Source: Mobula hypostoma (taxonomy: Eukaryota). From it: a stretch of 64,000 bases of DNA. This document shows positions 1 through 12,689 of the stretch, piece after piece. Made by a program: the position numbers and the translations under genes. Each line of letters starts with the position of its first letter. The stretch's first letter is position 1. Location of the stretch: NCBI RefSeq assembly GCF_963921235.1, contig NC_086097.1, positions 65,970,001-66,034,000 on the forward strand, in the 5' to 3' direction. The notes below the pieces were generated by a model, which saw nothing but the letters and a program-made list of their open reading frames with translations, made no database searches and was not told the DNA's origin.

Positions 1-9
1 CAATGATCA

Positions 10-810
10 AAGGTTTCAAAGGTACATTTAATGTCAGGGATATGTGTACAATATACATCCTGAAATGATTTTCTTCACAACCATCCACGAAAACAGAGGA
101 GTGCCCCCAAAGAATGAATGACAGTTAAATGTTAGAACCTCACAGCCTCCCCCCCCCAGCTCCTCCCTCCCACACATAAGCAGCAGCAAAGCAACAATCC
201 CCCCTCTCTCACCAGGAAAAAAAAGCACCCAATACCAAGTACTCAAGCATACAGCAAAGCAACAGCAAAGGCACAGACTTGCAGTACCCCAAAGACTACT
301 TGTTCACCCAGTATTCAACATACCACAGGCTCTCTCTCTCCTTAATAAGGGAGAGAGAGGTGTCTCCATTTTACAGCAAGAAAGGAGACATAGCAAACAA
401 TTCACTGAATTATGATGTTAAAATTCCGTTGCGTTGCTTTTTCCGAGCTCTGTGCCCAAAGATCTCGGGTCTTTGGGCACACAGTCAGAGATCTTCCGTC
501 TCCCACGACACACTAATTTCCTGCCGGGACACCGACCTTCGGTCCGCCCGTCTGCAGAGCCATGAAATCCGGGAACTCTGAAGATGAGCTAATCTCTTTG
601 GCCGCATCATTGGTACATCGAATAATGACAAGTCGTGAAACCCCAAGAGCGGGTCCTATTCCCACAAAAAACCGAAGTCAGCATGTAACTCCAGGTCAGG
701 GTCTTCAAAGGAATCCTGAAAGAGAAAAATAGAGATATTAAAGATGGAAATAGAGCTATTTCTGAAGATGCAAGCAAAGGAGTCTCTGTTAGGCACCATT
801 GTCTCCTCCT
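10..810 (-). mobile_element. Unclassified non-coding interspersed repeat (possibly LINE-derived, non-autonomous)
   Basis: Its start resembles the minus-strand LINE tail at ~25300 (aaag..ttcaaag..attta). It is CpG-richer than the flanks and has no credible ORF. Confidence 0.3.
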
Positions 811-859
811 AAGCTCTTACCTTGATCACTAATTCACCTTTGGGTCTGAATGAATATGC

Positions 860-1682
860 CACAACTGTCACTGATTTAATTCAGACCTGTGTGGATAAGT
901 AGATGACTTTGAGAGCATACTGAGTGTTCCCAAACTGGAAAACTTGAATGAACCAGGAGCTACTCAGTCTGATGAGGCTAGATCTACAGTGCTCAAGACC
1001 AGTGATCCAAAACCCTATAAAAAGTCCAGGTATGACCTGCAGAAGATTAATTATAAAAGTGAAAATGCAATTCCTTACGAAGTTAGAAACACAATCAGAT
1101 GCACAACAGCTGTGGCAGGGTTTGCGTGCAATTACTTCCTGTAAGTCAAAACCTAACAGCATGAATGGCAGTGATGCTTCACTTCCCAATTAGCTCAATG
1201 CCTTTTATGCATGCTTTTAAAGGGAGAATAATACCACACCTGTGAGATAGGTTGGCTGGTTGAGTAGTGTCACAATAACAATCTCGCACTCAAAGTCAGC
1301 AAGACCAAGGAATTGATTGTGGACTTCAGGAAGGGGAAGCAGGAAGAACATACAGTACACTAGTCCTTATTGAGGGATCAGTAGTGGAAAGGGTAAGTAG
1401 CTTCAAGTTCTTCGGCACCAGCATCTCAGAGGATCTGTCCTGGGCCCAACATATTGGTGCAATGCCAGTGGCTGTGCTTCATGAGGAGTTTGAGGAGATT
1501 TAGAAGGTAACCTGACTGGTGGCAGACTATATGGTATGAAGGCCCCAGTGTACAGGATTGAAAGAAGCTCCAGAGGGTTGTACACTCAGCCAGTTCCATC
1601 TCTGACACAGCCCTCCCCACGATCAAGGACATATTCAAGAAGTGGTGACTTGGAAAGGTGGCATCCATCATTAAAGACCCTG
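860..1682 (+). mobile_element. Rex1/Babar-like LINE, decayed and internally deleted
   Basis: Translated motifs LWQGLRAIT...DASLP, KTKELIVDFRK and SISEDLSW resemble this clade's RT and C-terminal regions. Confidence 0.7.
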
Positions 1683-2283
1683 TGTTATAGCTTTGTGAGT
1701 TTAGCAGCTTATTTTTAAGCATACCTTTGTTGCAATAAGTCAAAGTCAGCATGGTTTCTGTTAAGGGAAATCTTGCCTGAAAATCTGTTAGAGTTCTTCA
1801 AGGAAGTAACAAGCAGGGTGGACAAAGAAGGGGCAGTAGATGTCATATACTTGGATTTTCAGAAAGCGTTTGATAAGGTGCCATACATGAGGCTGCTTAA
1901 CAAGATAAAATCCTATAGCGTTACAGGAGAAATACAGGCGTGGATAACGGAATGGCTGACAGGCAGGAGGCAGCGAGTGGGAATAAAAGGGGCCTTTTCT
2001 GGTTGGTTGCCAGTGACTAGTGGTGTTCCTCGGGGGTCAGTATTGGGACTATGGCTTTTCACATTGTTTGTCAATGATTTAGATAATGGAATTGATGGCT
2101 TTGTGGCAAAGTTTGTGGATGATACAAAGATGGGTAGAGGGGTAGGTAGTGCTGAAGAAGCAATACGATTGCAACAAGACTTAGACAAATTGGAAGAATG
2201 GGCAAAAAAGGGGCAGATGGAATATAGTGTTGGGAAATGTATGATAATACATTTTGGTAAAAGGAATAATAGTGCAGACTATT

Positions 2284-4284
2284 ACAAAAATAAAAGAGAA
2301 GAAGTATCACATAGCAAAGATGAGCGGGAAGCCAGAGGATTGGGAAACTTTTAAAAAGCAACAGAAGATAACTAAAAAGGCAATACGGGGAGAAAAGAAG
2401 AAGTACGAAGGTAAGCTAGCCAAGAATATAAAGGAGGATAGTAAAAGCTTCTTTAGGTATGTGAAGAGGAAAAAATTAGTTAACACCAAAGTTGGGCCCC
2501 TGAAGACAGAAACGGGTGAATTTATTATGGGGAACAAAGAAATGGCAGACAAGTTGAACAGGTACTTTGAATCTGTCTTCACTAGGGAAGACACAAACAA
2601 TCTCCCAGATATAATGGTGGCCAAAGGATCTAGGGTAATGGATGAACTGAAGGAAATTCACATTAGGCAGAAAGTGGTGTTGGATAGACTGATGGGACTG
2701 AAGCCTGATAAGTCCCCGAGACCTGATGGTCTGCATCCCAGGGTACTTAAGGAGGTGACTTGAGAAATCGTGGATGCATTGGTAATCATTTTCCAATGTT
2801 CTATAGATTCAGGATCAGTTCCTGTGGATTGGAGGGTAGCCAATGTTATCCCACTTTTTAAGAAAGGAGGGAGAGAGAAAACAAGGAATTATAGACCTGT
2901 TAGCCTGACATCAGTGGTGGGGAAGATGCTGGAGTCAATTATAAAAGATGAAATAGCGGCACATTTGGATAGCAGTAATAGGATCGGTCCGAGTCAGCAT
3001 GGATTTACGAAGGGGAAATCATGCTTGACTGATCTTCTGGAATTTTTTGAAAATGTAACTATGAAAATGGACAAGGGAGAGCAGTGGATGTAGTGTACCT
3101 GGACTTTCAGAAAGTCCTTGATAAGGTCCCACATAGGAAATTAGTGGGCAAAATTGGAGCACATGGTATTGGGGGTAGGGTACTGGCATGGATAGAAAAT
3201 TGGTTGGCAGACAGGAAACAAAGAGTAGGGATTAACAGGTCCCTTTCAGAATGGCAGGCAATGACTAGTGGAGTACCGCAAGGCTCGGTGCTGGGACCGC
3301 AGCTATTTACAATATACATTAATGATTTACATGAAGGGATTAAAAGTAACATTAGCAAATTTGCAGATGACACAAAACTGGGTGGCAGTGTGAAATGTGA
3401 GGATGTTATGAGAATACAGGGTGACTTGAACAGGTCGGTTGAGTGGGCAGATGCAGTTTAAAATGTGAGGTTAAAATGGATAAATGTGAGGTTATCCACT
3501 TTGGTGGCAAGAACAGGAAGGCAGATTACTATGTGAATGATGTCAAGTTAGGAAAAGGGGAAGTACAACGAGATCTAGGTGTCCTTATTCATCAGTCACT
3601 GAAAGTAAGCATGCAGGTACAGCAGGCAGCGAAGAAAGCTAAAGGCATGTTGGCCTTCATAACAAGTGAAGCTGAGTGTAGGAGCAAAGAGGTCCTTCTG
3701 CAGTTGTACAGGGCCCTGGTGAGATCACACCCAGAGTATTGTGTGCAGTTTTGGTCTCCAAATTTGAGGAAGGACATTCTTGCTATTGAGGGAGTGCAGC
3801 GTAGGTTCACGAGGTTAATTCCCGGGATGGTGGGACTGTCATATGTTGAAACATTGGAGCGACTGGGCTTGAATACACTAGAATTTAGAAGGATGAGAGG
3901 GGATCTGATTGAAACATGCAAGATTATTAAGGGATTGGACACACTAGAGGCAGGAAACATGTTCCTGATGTTGGGGGAGTCCAGAACCAGAGGCCACAGT
4001 TTAGGAATAAGGGGTAGGCCATTTAGAACAGAGTTGAGGAAAAACTTTTTCACCCAGAGAGTTGTGGATCTGTGGAATGCTCTGACTCAGAAGGCAGTGG
4101 AGACCAGTTCTCTGGAAGCTTTCAAGAAAGAGTTAGATAGAGCTCTTAAAGATAGTGGAGTCAAGGGATATGAGGAGAAGGCAGGAACAGGGTACTGATT
4201 GTGGATGATCAGCCATGATCACAGTGAATGGCAGTGATGGCTTGAAGGGCCGAATGGCCTATTCCTGCATCTATTGTCTGTTAC
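2284..4284 (+). mobile_element. CR1 LINE B (5'-truncated ORF2) nested in CR1 A
   Basis: ORFs at 2254-4198 carry NYRPVSLTS, GVPQGSVLGP, FADDTK and TRGHS...FFTQRVV, followed by a CR1 3' UTR. Confidence 0.9.
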
Positions 4285-4580
4285 CTAAATGGGGAGAAGG
4301 TTCAAACATCAGAGGTACAGAGGGACTTAGGAGTCCTCACGCAAGACTCCCAGAAGGTTAATTTACAGGTTGAGTCTGTGGTAAGGAAGGCAAGTACAAT
4401 GTCGGCATTTATTTCAAGGGGAATAGAATATAAAAGCAAGGAGATAATACATAGGCTTTATAAGACACTAGTCAGGCCACACTTAGAGTATTGTTAACAG
4501 TTTTGGGCCCAATATCTCAAAAAGAATGTGTTATCATTGGAGAGAGTCCAGAGGAGGTTCATGAGGATTATTCCGGGAAT

Positions 4581-5220
4581 GAGGAGGATCAGAGGGATCT
4601 TGGAGTCCGAGTCTATAGAGCACTCAAAGCTGCTACGCAGGTTGACTCTGTGGTTAAGAAGGCATACGGTACATTGGCTTTCATCAACCGTGGGATTGAG
4701 TTTAAGAGCCAAGAGGTAATGTTGCAGCTATATAGGACCCTGGTCAGACCCCACTTGGAGTACTGTGTACAAATCTGGTTGCCTCACTACAGGAAAGACA
4801 TGCAGGGGAGATTTACAAGGATGTTGCCTGGATTGGGAGCATGCCTTATGAGAATAGGTTGAGTGAACTTGGCCTTTTCTCCTTGGAGCGACGGAGGATG
4901 AGAGGTGACCTGATAGAGGTGTACAAGATAATGAGAGGCATTTTTTCATGTGGGTAGTCAGAGGCTTTTACCCAGGGCTGAAATGGCTAGCACAAGAGGG
5001 CATAGTGCTTGGAAGTAGGTATAGAGAAGATGTCAGGAGTAAGTTTTTTACGCAGAGTGATGAGTGCGTGGAATGGGCTGCCAGCAGTGGTGGTGGAGGC
5101 GGAAACGATAGGGTCTTTTAAGAGACTCCTGGATAGGTACATGGAGCTTAGAAAAATAGAGGGCTATAGGTAAGCCTAGGTAGTTCTAAGGTAAGGACAT
5201 GTTCAGTACAGCTTTGTGGG
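4581..5220 (+). mobile_element. CR1 LINE C 3' fragment nested in CR1 A
   Basis: QRDLGV...[11 protein letters not shown] motifs; its distinct 3' UTR also occurs inverted at 13793-14160. Confidence 0.8.
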
Positions 5221-6211
5221 ATGTTTCCTATGACAGTGGTATCCAGAACTAGAGGGCACAACCTCAAAATTGAAGGGCGACCCTTTAGAACGGAGGTAAG
5301 GAGGCATGTTTTTAGCTGGAGAATAGTAAATCTGTGGAATGCTCTGTCACAGACTGCAGTGGAGACCACGTCTGTGTATATATTTAAGCTGGAAGTTTAT
5401 AGTTTCCTGATTGGTCGGGGCTTCAAAAGATATGACGAGAAGGCAGGTATATGGTTTGAGTGGGATCCAGGGTCAGCCATGATGGAATAGCGGAGCAGAC
5501 TCATTGGGCTGAATGGCCTACTTCTGCTCCAATGTCTTATGCTCTTATGGTCTTCTGGCTTACACTTCTGCTTTCCTTATTGAACCAAGGCTGGTTTCCA
5601 GGCTTGTTAGTGATAAAGTGAGGGAAGTGCCGGGTCACAAGGTCACAGATTTAGAAATGTAAATGGAATACATTTCTACAGTTACTGATGGCCCACAGCC
5701 CCTAATAAATACCCTGTTCTAAGTTAATAATCTGACTGCCATGGTCTGCCACACCTTAGTTCCACACAACAGAATGGTAAGTATCCTTAATAATGAAAAC
5801 AGGGCGTCTGCAGAACCCTCTGCATCGTGATGCTTACTTCTGCAAAAACTGTTGAGCACAAATGTATCTGCAAAAGATAAGTTGATGAGGATGAAGTCAA
5901 GTAAGTTGTTCTCATGTTTTGTCATCTTTCTATACATTTAGTTTGACAGCAATGTTCTTCAGTTCTGGTCCAGATTGACCAGTACAATTGCTGTTAAGCC
6001 ACTTCTAGTAATGGACAGTATAACACCCCACCTTGATGACATGGTATACCCTAGATGCCTTTGGTGTTTCTTCTAAATGGAAGTTAACTTCATTAGCTGA
6101 GGAAGATGGCTAGAAATAATGGGAAGTTTGTTTGCTTGTATCTGACCTGATGTCATTAAACTTCATTAGTCAATGTTAAGTGTTGAGAACGCCATTTGAT
6201 TCTGTACACCA

Positions 6212-6259
6212 CCTCTAGTCTTTAGTTAAGACCTCTTTGGGCCTCTAGTCTTTAGTTAA
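6212..6259. repeat. 18-bp direct repeat CCTCTAGTCTTTAGTTAA x2 (30-bp period)
   Basis: Identical copies at 6212-6229 and 6242-6259. Confidence 0.85.
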
Positions 6260-8819
6260 ATAATTATGAAAAGCCTGATTGTCCTAAAAGTTATTTGGTT
6301 CACAAAAACACTGTCTTGAGCTAATATTTGGCTCATTTGGTTCATTGATGTCTTTCAGATGGCTGTTACTTGAATTGTATCGGTTTGTTTGTATAAATAT
6401 GATAATATGTTGCCTGATCAGTCTGTCAGACAATACTCTGAAAATTTGAAACACAATTTTAACTCCTGTAATGTAATAATATGTAGCATAAAGGGAACGA
6501 GTTGTGATTTAGCTTGCAAAGTGCAAACCACTGAGGAGTTCACCAATTCATATTGCGTGTTTATAACTTATTTTGGGTAAATTGTGCAAAATACTTTGGA
6601 ATTGTTGAAAGAAAGTAGAAGCAAATATCCTTCTAAACTGTATTTAATGTTGCAGAAAATGCAAAAACAGTGATGTGATCAAGTGGCTATTCAATCTTTT
6701 GGGGTTGCTGTAGTGATTAAGAACAAGAGATTACTGCTGTTATACTGGTTTACATTCAGTACATCAAAGTTTAAGTCTTTCCCTTTGTCTATGGGCAGGC
6801 TTGGTATCACCAATCTCTGAAAATCGTAATAAAATAATATAAATCACCAATTTATCATTTACATATTATTGACTTAAGGAATTGGTTCTCTGTCATAAAT
6901 CCTTATTTTTGCTTGTACATTGTATTCCCTTCTGACTAATAATTTAATAAATGATCTTTATTAAATTCCTAATCAATAATACTTTTAACAAAAGTCAGAA
7001 GTGTTATTGCGTGTTGCAAATAATTGGCAAATTTTAAATGAGACAAAATCAAGTTTTATAATTATCAGTCTGTTAAGCTTCCTTAACAAATTGTTTATGA
7101 TAGTTTAACACTCTGCAGCCATATTTTGTTGTAGCTGACTATCCCTTTCTTCATTTATCAACTATGCTTTATGACATGGGTAATAACTGGAGGCAGCTGA
7201 TGTTGGTTTTGGTAAATCCAATTGTCCTCCCTCCCAGCTGTTGATCATAAGAGTAGTTAAACACATCTGTTTCAACAGCTGGCAATTAAATGAATCTCAT
7301 ACCTTTGGTTAAGCAAAATTTATTCAATCCTTCAAAAGCTATGCATGCTGAATCACATTAATAATTTCTTACAGTACGCTTTCTATTGGTTAAATTTGAA
7401 AAATAGTTATTTTGAATATTGTCAAGGGGAAATGTTTTTACTTACTATTTTCATGTACAAATTAATAAAATAATCAATAAGGAAACCATCCATTGTAAAA
7501 TAAAGAATAGTTTTGATAGCAATGTAGCCAACAAAATGACAACAGAAAGGTCTCAAAGATCTACAGCCTTGGAGCACTCAACAAATTGTGTTTGTGTTCC
7601 TTTTTCATATTATCATAGAAAACAAAGGGGAATGAGTTAACATAAAAACCATGTGAATTTACATGTTTGATATAGGGATAAGCAGTACATTGCTGCTTTA
7701 ATGATAAAGAACAAGTTAAGTAGGGTTCTTATATACCATAATGTAAATTTGATGGCACATTATTTTTATAATGACATTATAATAGCATATCATGAATTAT
7801 TCTACTGCTAAGGAAGAGCCCCATAATGTCAGTCCAATTTCTATAAGCAAACACAGACTGAGGTCACCCAGAGCTTAATTGTTTGGTCCAAGAATCTTGC
7901 AGATTGACAAGAAACACCTAACATTCTCTCCCTATTTTGCATCTGTAATTGAGTGTGTCATTGGAGTGTGACATCTGTCAGAGTTTTCATATACATTTCT
8001 AAAAGATATGTTGCTGTCAATATTATTTTCTTGTTGTAAGCTGTTGCAAACATTTGAAGTCATGTTTTTCTTCTTTTTTTTGTGTGTTCTCTGTGATTTC
8101 CCCTGAACTTTCAGGGTCTTTTTCATTGATGTGTTATATCCATAAACTTGGAGACCCCAATCTTATCACTGTTGTATTTATTCTCTTCTGAAGTGCTTTC
8201 AATAGCTCATTGACTCTTGGTTTATTTTTCTATCTCTGAATTCCATTGCTTTATTGTTTAAATGCTGCACTTAGCTTGGTGTCCACTAATTGTATGGCAA
8301 TTCTGATCTTTTCAGAGGACCTGAGGGGGGAGGGCATAGTGTTTCTCAAATAGTGACTCTATGAAATACATTCATCTGTGCTGTTGCATAGTGTGAGCAA
8401 TGTGCCTCAAAAAACTGCAGAGGGATCATCTCCAGCACAGGGAAAGCTTACAACCAACAGACACTGGAATCAGTTTCATCAGTGGGTCTTTGCTTCCCAG
8501 GATACATTTTTGATTTCTGTTTTTTGAGTTTCAATACTAGGTTTTAGTAAAAACATGTATTTCTATTTTATTCTTTAACCTACTTTAGGCACCAAAGCTA
8601 AATATTCCTGGTATAGGCATAGATTTGTTCATTCATAAAGAACAAAATCAATTAGTGTTTCTTTTAGTGTAATGTGCAAAGGTAGTAGTTCATAGTGTTG
8701 TATAACATACAGTACGACAAATGTGTGCAAATCACTTTGAATTTAAGCAAACAACCAAATGATAAGTAATCAATGAGTGCATGAGGCAGTGAACCTAAAT
8801 AAATGTAATATATTTGCAG

Positions 8820-8914
8820 GCCCAACTAGTATCAATGCAGAAAGAAAGAGATATTGCATTTCAGCAATGTAAGAAACAAGATGAAGAAATTCAGACACTT
8901 AGGCTTTATTACAG
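8820..8914 (+). CDS. MIPOL1: MIPOL1 internal coding exon (95 nt, phase 0 to 2): AQLVSMQKERDIAFQQCKKQDEEIQTLRLYY(S)
   Basis: Acceptor tttgcAG at 8818-8819, donor AG|GTAAGC at 8915, open coiled-coil frame. The peptide matches the recalled vertebrate MIPOL1 segment EEIQTLRVYYS and joins the 52745 exon in frame. Confidence 0.9.
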
Positions 8915-9254
8915 GTAAGCTGCACGATTTATCTTCAATGGATTGAGCAATATTTAACATTTGTTTTCAATTTTAAATGGTTGTTTTAGGATGCAGCTAA
9001 GCTGGTCAAAGTTTTTTTTGCAATCAATCATTATTCAAGGCTACTATTTAATGTTTGAATGCATAAGGCATTTTTATTTCAAAAGTACTATACATTATCC
9101 ACAAGTAAGTTCAAATGCTGAGCAAAATTTTTGAAAAATTAATTAGTTACATGTAGGCATCCATCATTGCTTCTTATGATACTAAAAATCTTAAATGTTG
9201 TTCACATGAATAAACAACATTCATGTGGAACCAGAATAAAATAGAGCCAGACCT

Positions 9255-9660
9255 GTAAGGCTACGTAACGGCTTCTTTCTCTAGGCTGTTAGAATTGCAC
9301 CCTGCTGCTACCCAGCACACACATACACCCTGTCTGTACGCCCTGCCATTTCCCCCAACCCCAACCCCCCACTCCGCAACTCACAGACGCACCCTCATCC
9401 TGCACTGGTCACTTTTTATCTTTTATTGCTGCGCTTTCACATATTTATACGACTGTTGGTTTTATTATAATAAAACCAGTAACATTATACTGTCTTACAT
9501 AATCATGCACCTTGTAGCACTTTACTGTATGTCAACATGTCAATCTTCAGGCCATGCCCCTCAGGGACTTGTGTTAATTTATTATTTTATGGCTGCATGT
9601 GTTGGATCGTAACTATATGTGCTATGTGTAGTGTTTTTCACCTTGGTCCCAGAAGAACTT
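9255..9660 (+). mobile_element. Rex1-like LINE 3' tail fragment
   Basis: Start and UTR composition resemble the tail at 10335. Confidence 0.4.
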
Positions 9661-9798
9661 AATAAAACAAAGTTTAATGAAGGGCATAAGGAAGGATTAA
9701 AGACAGATAATAATTGAAAATTAGCAAGGAAATTTCAGAATCTGTTGCCTAGGAAGTTGAAGACACCAGCAGAAGGGAGATAAAAACCAGGAATGCAT

Positions 9799-9937
9799 CA
9801 GTCCTGGCAAGGGGTTTCAACCTGAAACATCAATTATATACTCAACTCCATAGATGCTGCCCATCTTGCTAAGTTCCTCCAGCATTTTATGTATGTTGCT
9901 CAAGGTTTCCAGCATCTGCAGAATCTCTTACGTTTTG
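9799..9937 (+). mobile_element. Old Penelope terminal-repeat fragment with a degenerate hammerhead
   Basis: gtcctggcaagggg...cctgaaacat...agatgctgcc...ccagcatctgcaga is homologous to 33445-33583. Confidence 0.7.
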
Positions 9938-10334
9938 AATCTTGAGGTTTCTAAAGTTTGGGAAGCTGGGCATGAGAGAGCTGTAATAGCTGGGAAGTAA
10001 CCGAAGCACAAATGATGATTATGAAGTAGAAAGAACTCTGAAAGAAAGAAGGTGACAGAATGTTGAAGTATGAGCATAAGAAGCAATTTATAAACAGTGT
10101 TATGCTAAAAATTTAATATACCAAGGGAGCAAAATCTGCACTTCCTTATAGCTACATTAAGAAAAATGCTCTTCCTTCTTTCAATAATGGTAAAATATGT
10201 ATCACATTTTGTTTCTTCACCTCCATCCTCCAGCCCAGAATACTTAATTTGAATAACATTTTTGAAGGTTGCATTGTGAGGAAATAGTATGATGGAGTTA
10301 ATATTTAAAAAGATACTATGATGTATAAGAACAA

Positions 10335-10629
10335 GAACAGTCAGGACAAGAAACAGTCTCTTCCCCCAGGCCATTAGGCTTCTGAACTCCTGGCCGCATC
10401 GTATTCAAAGTGTCATTGGTTAATCTGTTCCGTACCTTGCAATATTTAGTATTAATGCACTTCAGTTTATTATTTATGTGCGGTAGTAGATTTTATCCTT
10501 ACCCTTCATAAGTTATCATGTGTTATGTGTATTATGTGCTTTACACCCTGATTCGAAGAAACCGTCTCATTTCTTTATACATTATATACATGTATGTAGT
10601 TAAATGGCTATAAACTTGACTTGACTTGA
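10335..10629 (+). mobile_element. Rex1-like LINE 3' end
   Basis: RNSLFPQAIRLLN C-terminal motif and a (CTTGA)n tail. Confidence 0.6.
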
Positions 10630-11504
10630 AGTACTTGTGTTTTAGTTCTGGCATTGTCTTTCATGTATTGAAAATTTCCAACCTATTGCTCTGAGGTCAA
10701 GAAGATCACAAAGTAATTAAGATTTAATAGAAATAATGATAGGTGCAGTTCAATAAGAACTTTTTCTGGGTGATTTCCTAATGAAGGGAATGGATAAGCA
10801 TGACTAAAATATATAGAAGGTAAAATGCATGATAATTATTCAGGACACTGTCAATATTCTCACAAATTTCTCATAATATTCTCACAATATTCTGATAAAG
10901 AACATGACAATTCTGAAACAGTAATCTGAACTTTAATATTCTGAAACACAGGAATATGGAAAGGAAAGCACACTTGGGTGAGCAATTACACCATGCGGTG
11001 TTAAGATCATTTTGCAGTAGCATGGGTTAACTACTGGTTTTCTGCACATATATATTGAACATTTTCTAGTCAGGTTTACTACTTTAAAGCCTTATTTTGG
11101 TTTTCATTGACCAACTAATTTCAACAGGCATGATGACAAGCAATAAAAAAAGATCCACTATTTATAGGGGCATTACAAATGCAGCATTTTATAAATTTTA
11201 ATACGAAGAAAATGAGTTTAGATAAACCACGTCCTTCCAAGGATTACTTAATCCTGGACTCTGAGGGGTTATACAAAATCTGACAGAAAGACCAAGATAG
11301 GATAGAAGTCAAAAGCTACACAAGACATTGGGGAGACTAAACCTGGAGCATTAGATACTATTTGGTTGCCCCGTTTTAGGAAAGACATTATTAAACTGGA
11401 AAGTCTAGGGCACAGGTTAACGTAGATGTAAGTTTTTTAAAAGGAGTACTGTCCCTTGTCCATAATAGTTCATATCATTGGCTATCATAATCTACATTTA
11501 GTTT

Positions 11505-11715
11505 TTTTAAAGAGATACAGCTCAGGAACAGGCCCTGCTGACCCAGCAAGGCCACACTGCTCAGTTACACCATGTGACCAATTAACACACTAATCCACAT
11601 GTCTGTAGAATGTGGGAGGAAACATGCGCAGTAATAGGGAGAGTATACAAACTCTTTACAGACTGGAACCCCTGTCGAGGGCACTGTAATAGTGCCATGC
11701 TACCATGCTGCCCCT
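11505..11715 (-). mobile_element. Degenerate SINE (V-SINE/CR1-tail type)
   Basis: Reverse-complement similarity to 12040-12285 and 56070-56305. Confidence 0.45.
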
Positions 11716-12039
11716 TGCATGTACAAAGAGAAAAAGCCCAGTATTGTAAATTGTTTTACTTAGCTAGCTCAACAGAATCCACTTCAAGTGTTCATAGTGA
11801 AAATTATTCATCACCTGAAGCCTCAGTGTGTCTCTAGTGTTCCCATGGTGCCCACAACAATTGATGTTATCTGTTTTCATGTTAATTCCATGTTTCTTCA
11901 GTTTTTTCCATGTCCTATTCACTCATGGAAACAGATCCTGGCTTGCGATAAAATAGTTTAGTCGCTGATTTAATGCCTTTTTAATTTATTAATTGGTTAT
12001 TTATTATTTATTTTATTTATTAATTGGAAATTAGTTGGT

Positions 12040-12285
12040 TATTTAAGAGCTGCTCTACCCAACAACCCATCTATTTAACACTAACCCTATCACAGGACAG
12101 ATTACAATGACTAAGTAGCCTACTAACCAGTACGTCTTTGGACTGGAGGAGGAGCACCCAGAGGAAACCCACATGGTCATGGGGGGAAGGTACAAATTCT
12201 TTATAGATGGTGCCAGCATTGAACCCTGAACTCTGGAACACCCTGAGCTGTAATAGCATTACGTAAACCACTACACTACCATGGC
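12040..12285 (-). mobile_element. tRNA-derived SINE (V-SINE-like core)
   Basis: The minus strand has a ggtagtgtagtgg A-box, a gggttcaat B-box-like motif and the core GTGGGTTTCCTCTGGGTGCTCC. Confidence 0.65.
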
Positions 12286-12689
12286 ACTCTAATACAGTGT
12301 GGTTTATTACAGAACATTGTAGGGCACAATGGCACAATGGATATTTGCACATGTGGGTTACTCTGCCAGACCCACTGCTTCGGCAGTCAGAGGGATTCAA
12401 ACCTTTTCAGACCCACAAATTATCTCTTCACCTTAACCATTCATCACTCCTTTAACATAATCCTAGAAATTGGTCAACATGTCTTTATACTTATTCAACA
12501 AACTGTGCTGCACAATTTTTCTGTCTCCGAACTGAATAGTTTCTGCCAGTTTAAATGCAGTTGCCATACCCAGTCTTTTCCCATCCGAAATAAAAAGAGA
12601 AAATACTGAATATACTCAGCAGGAAGTGTATGGTCATACACTTAGTAGAAGGAATAAAGGCATAGGCAGTTTACTAAACAGGGATTGAA

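Larger units (their letters stand above)
1735..5553 (+). mobile_element. CR1 LINE host copy A in three pieces (1735-2283, ~4285-4580, 5221-5553)
   Basis: RT motifs [21 protein letters not shown] and FVDD. The frame ADYY|LNGEKVQ resumes after insert B. It ends in a (TCTTATGG)-type tail. Confidence 0.85.

Noticed and set aside
6212..6259. CRISPR-like repeat-spacer
   Set aside because: There are only two units with a 12-nt spacer and no cas genes; it is a simple local duplication.
10853..10894. AATATTCTCA-like short repeats
   Set aside because: Low-complexity slippage in AT-rich DNA.
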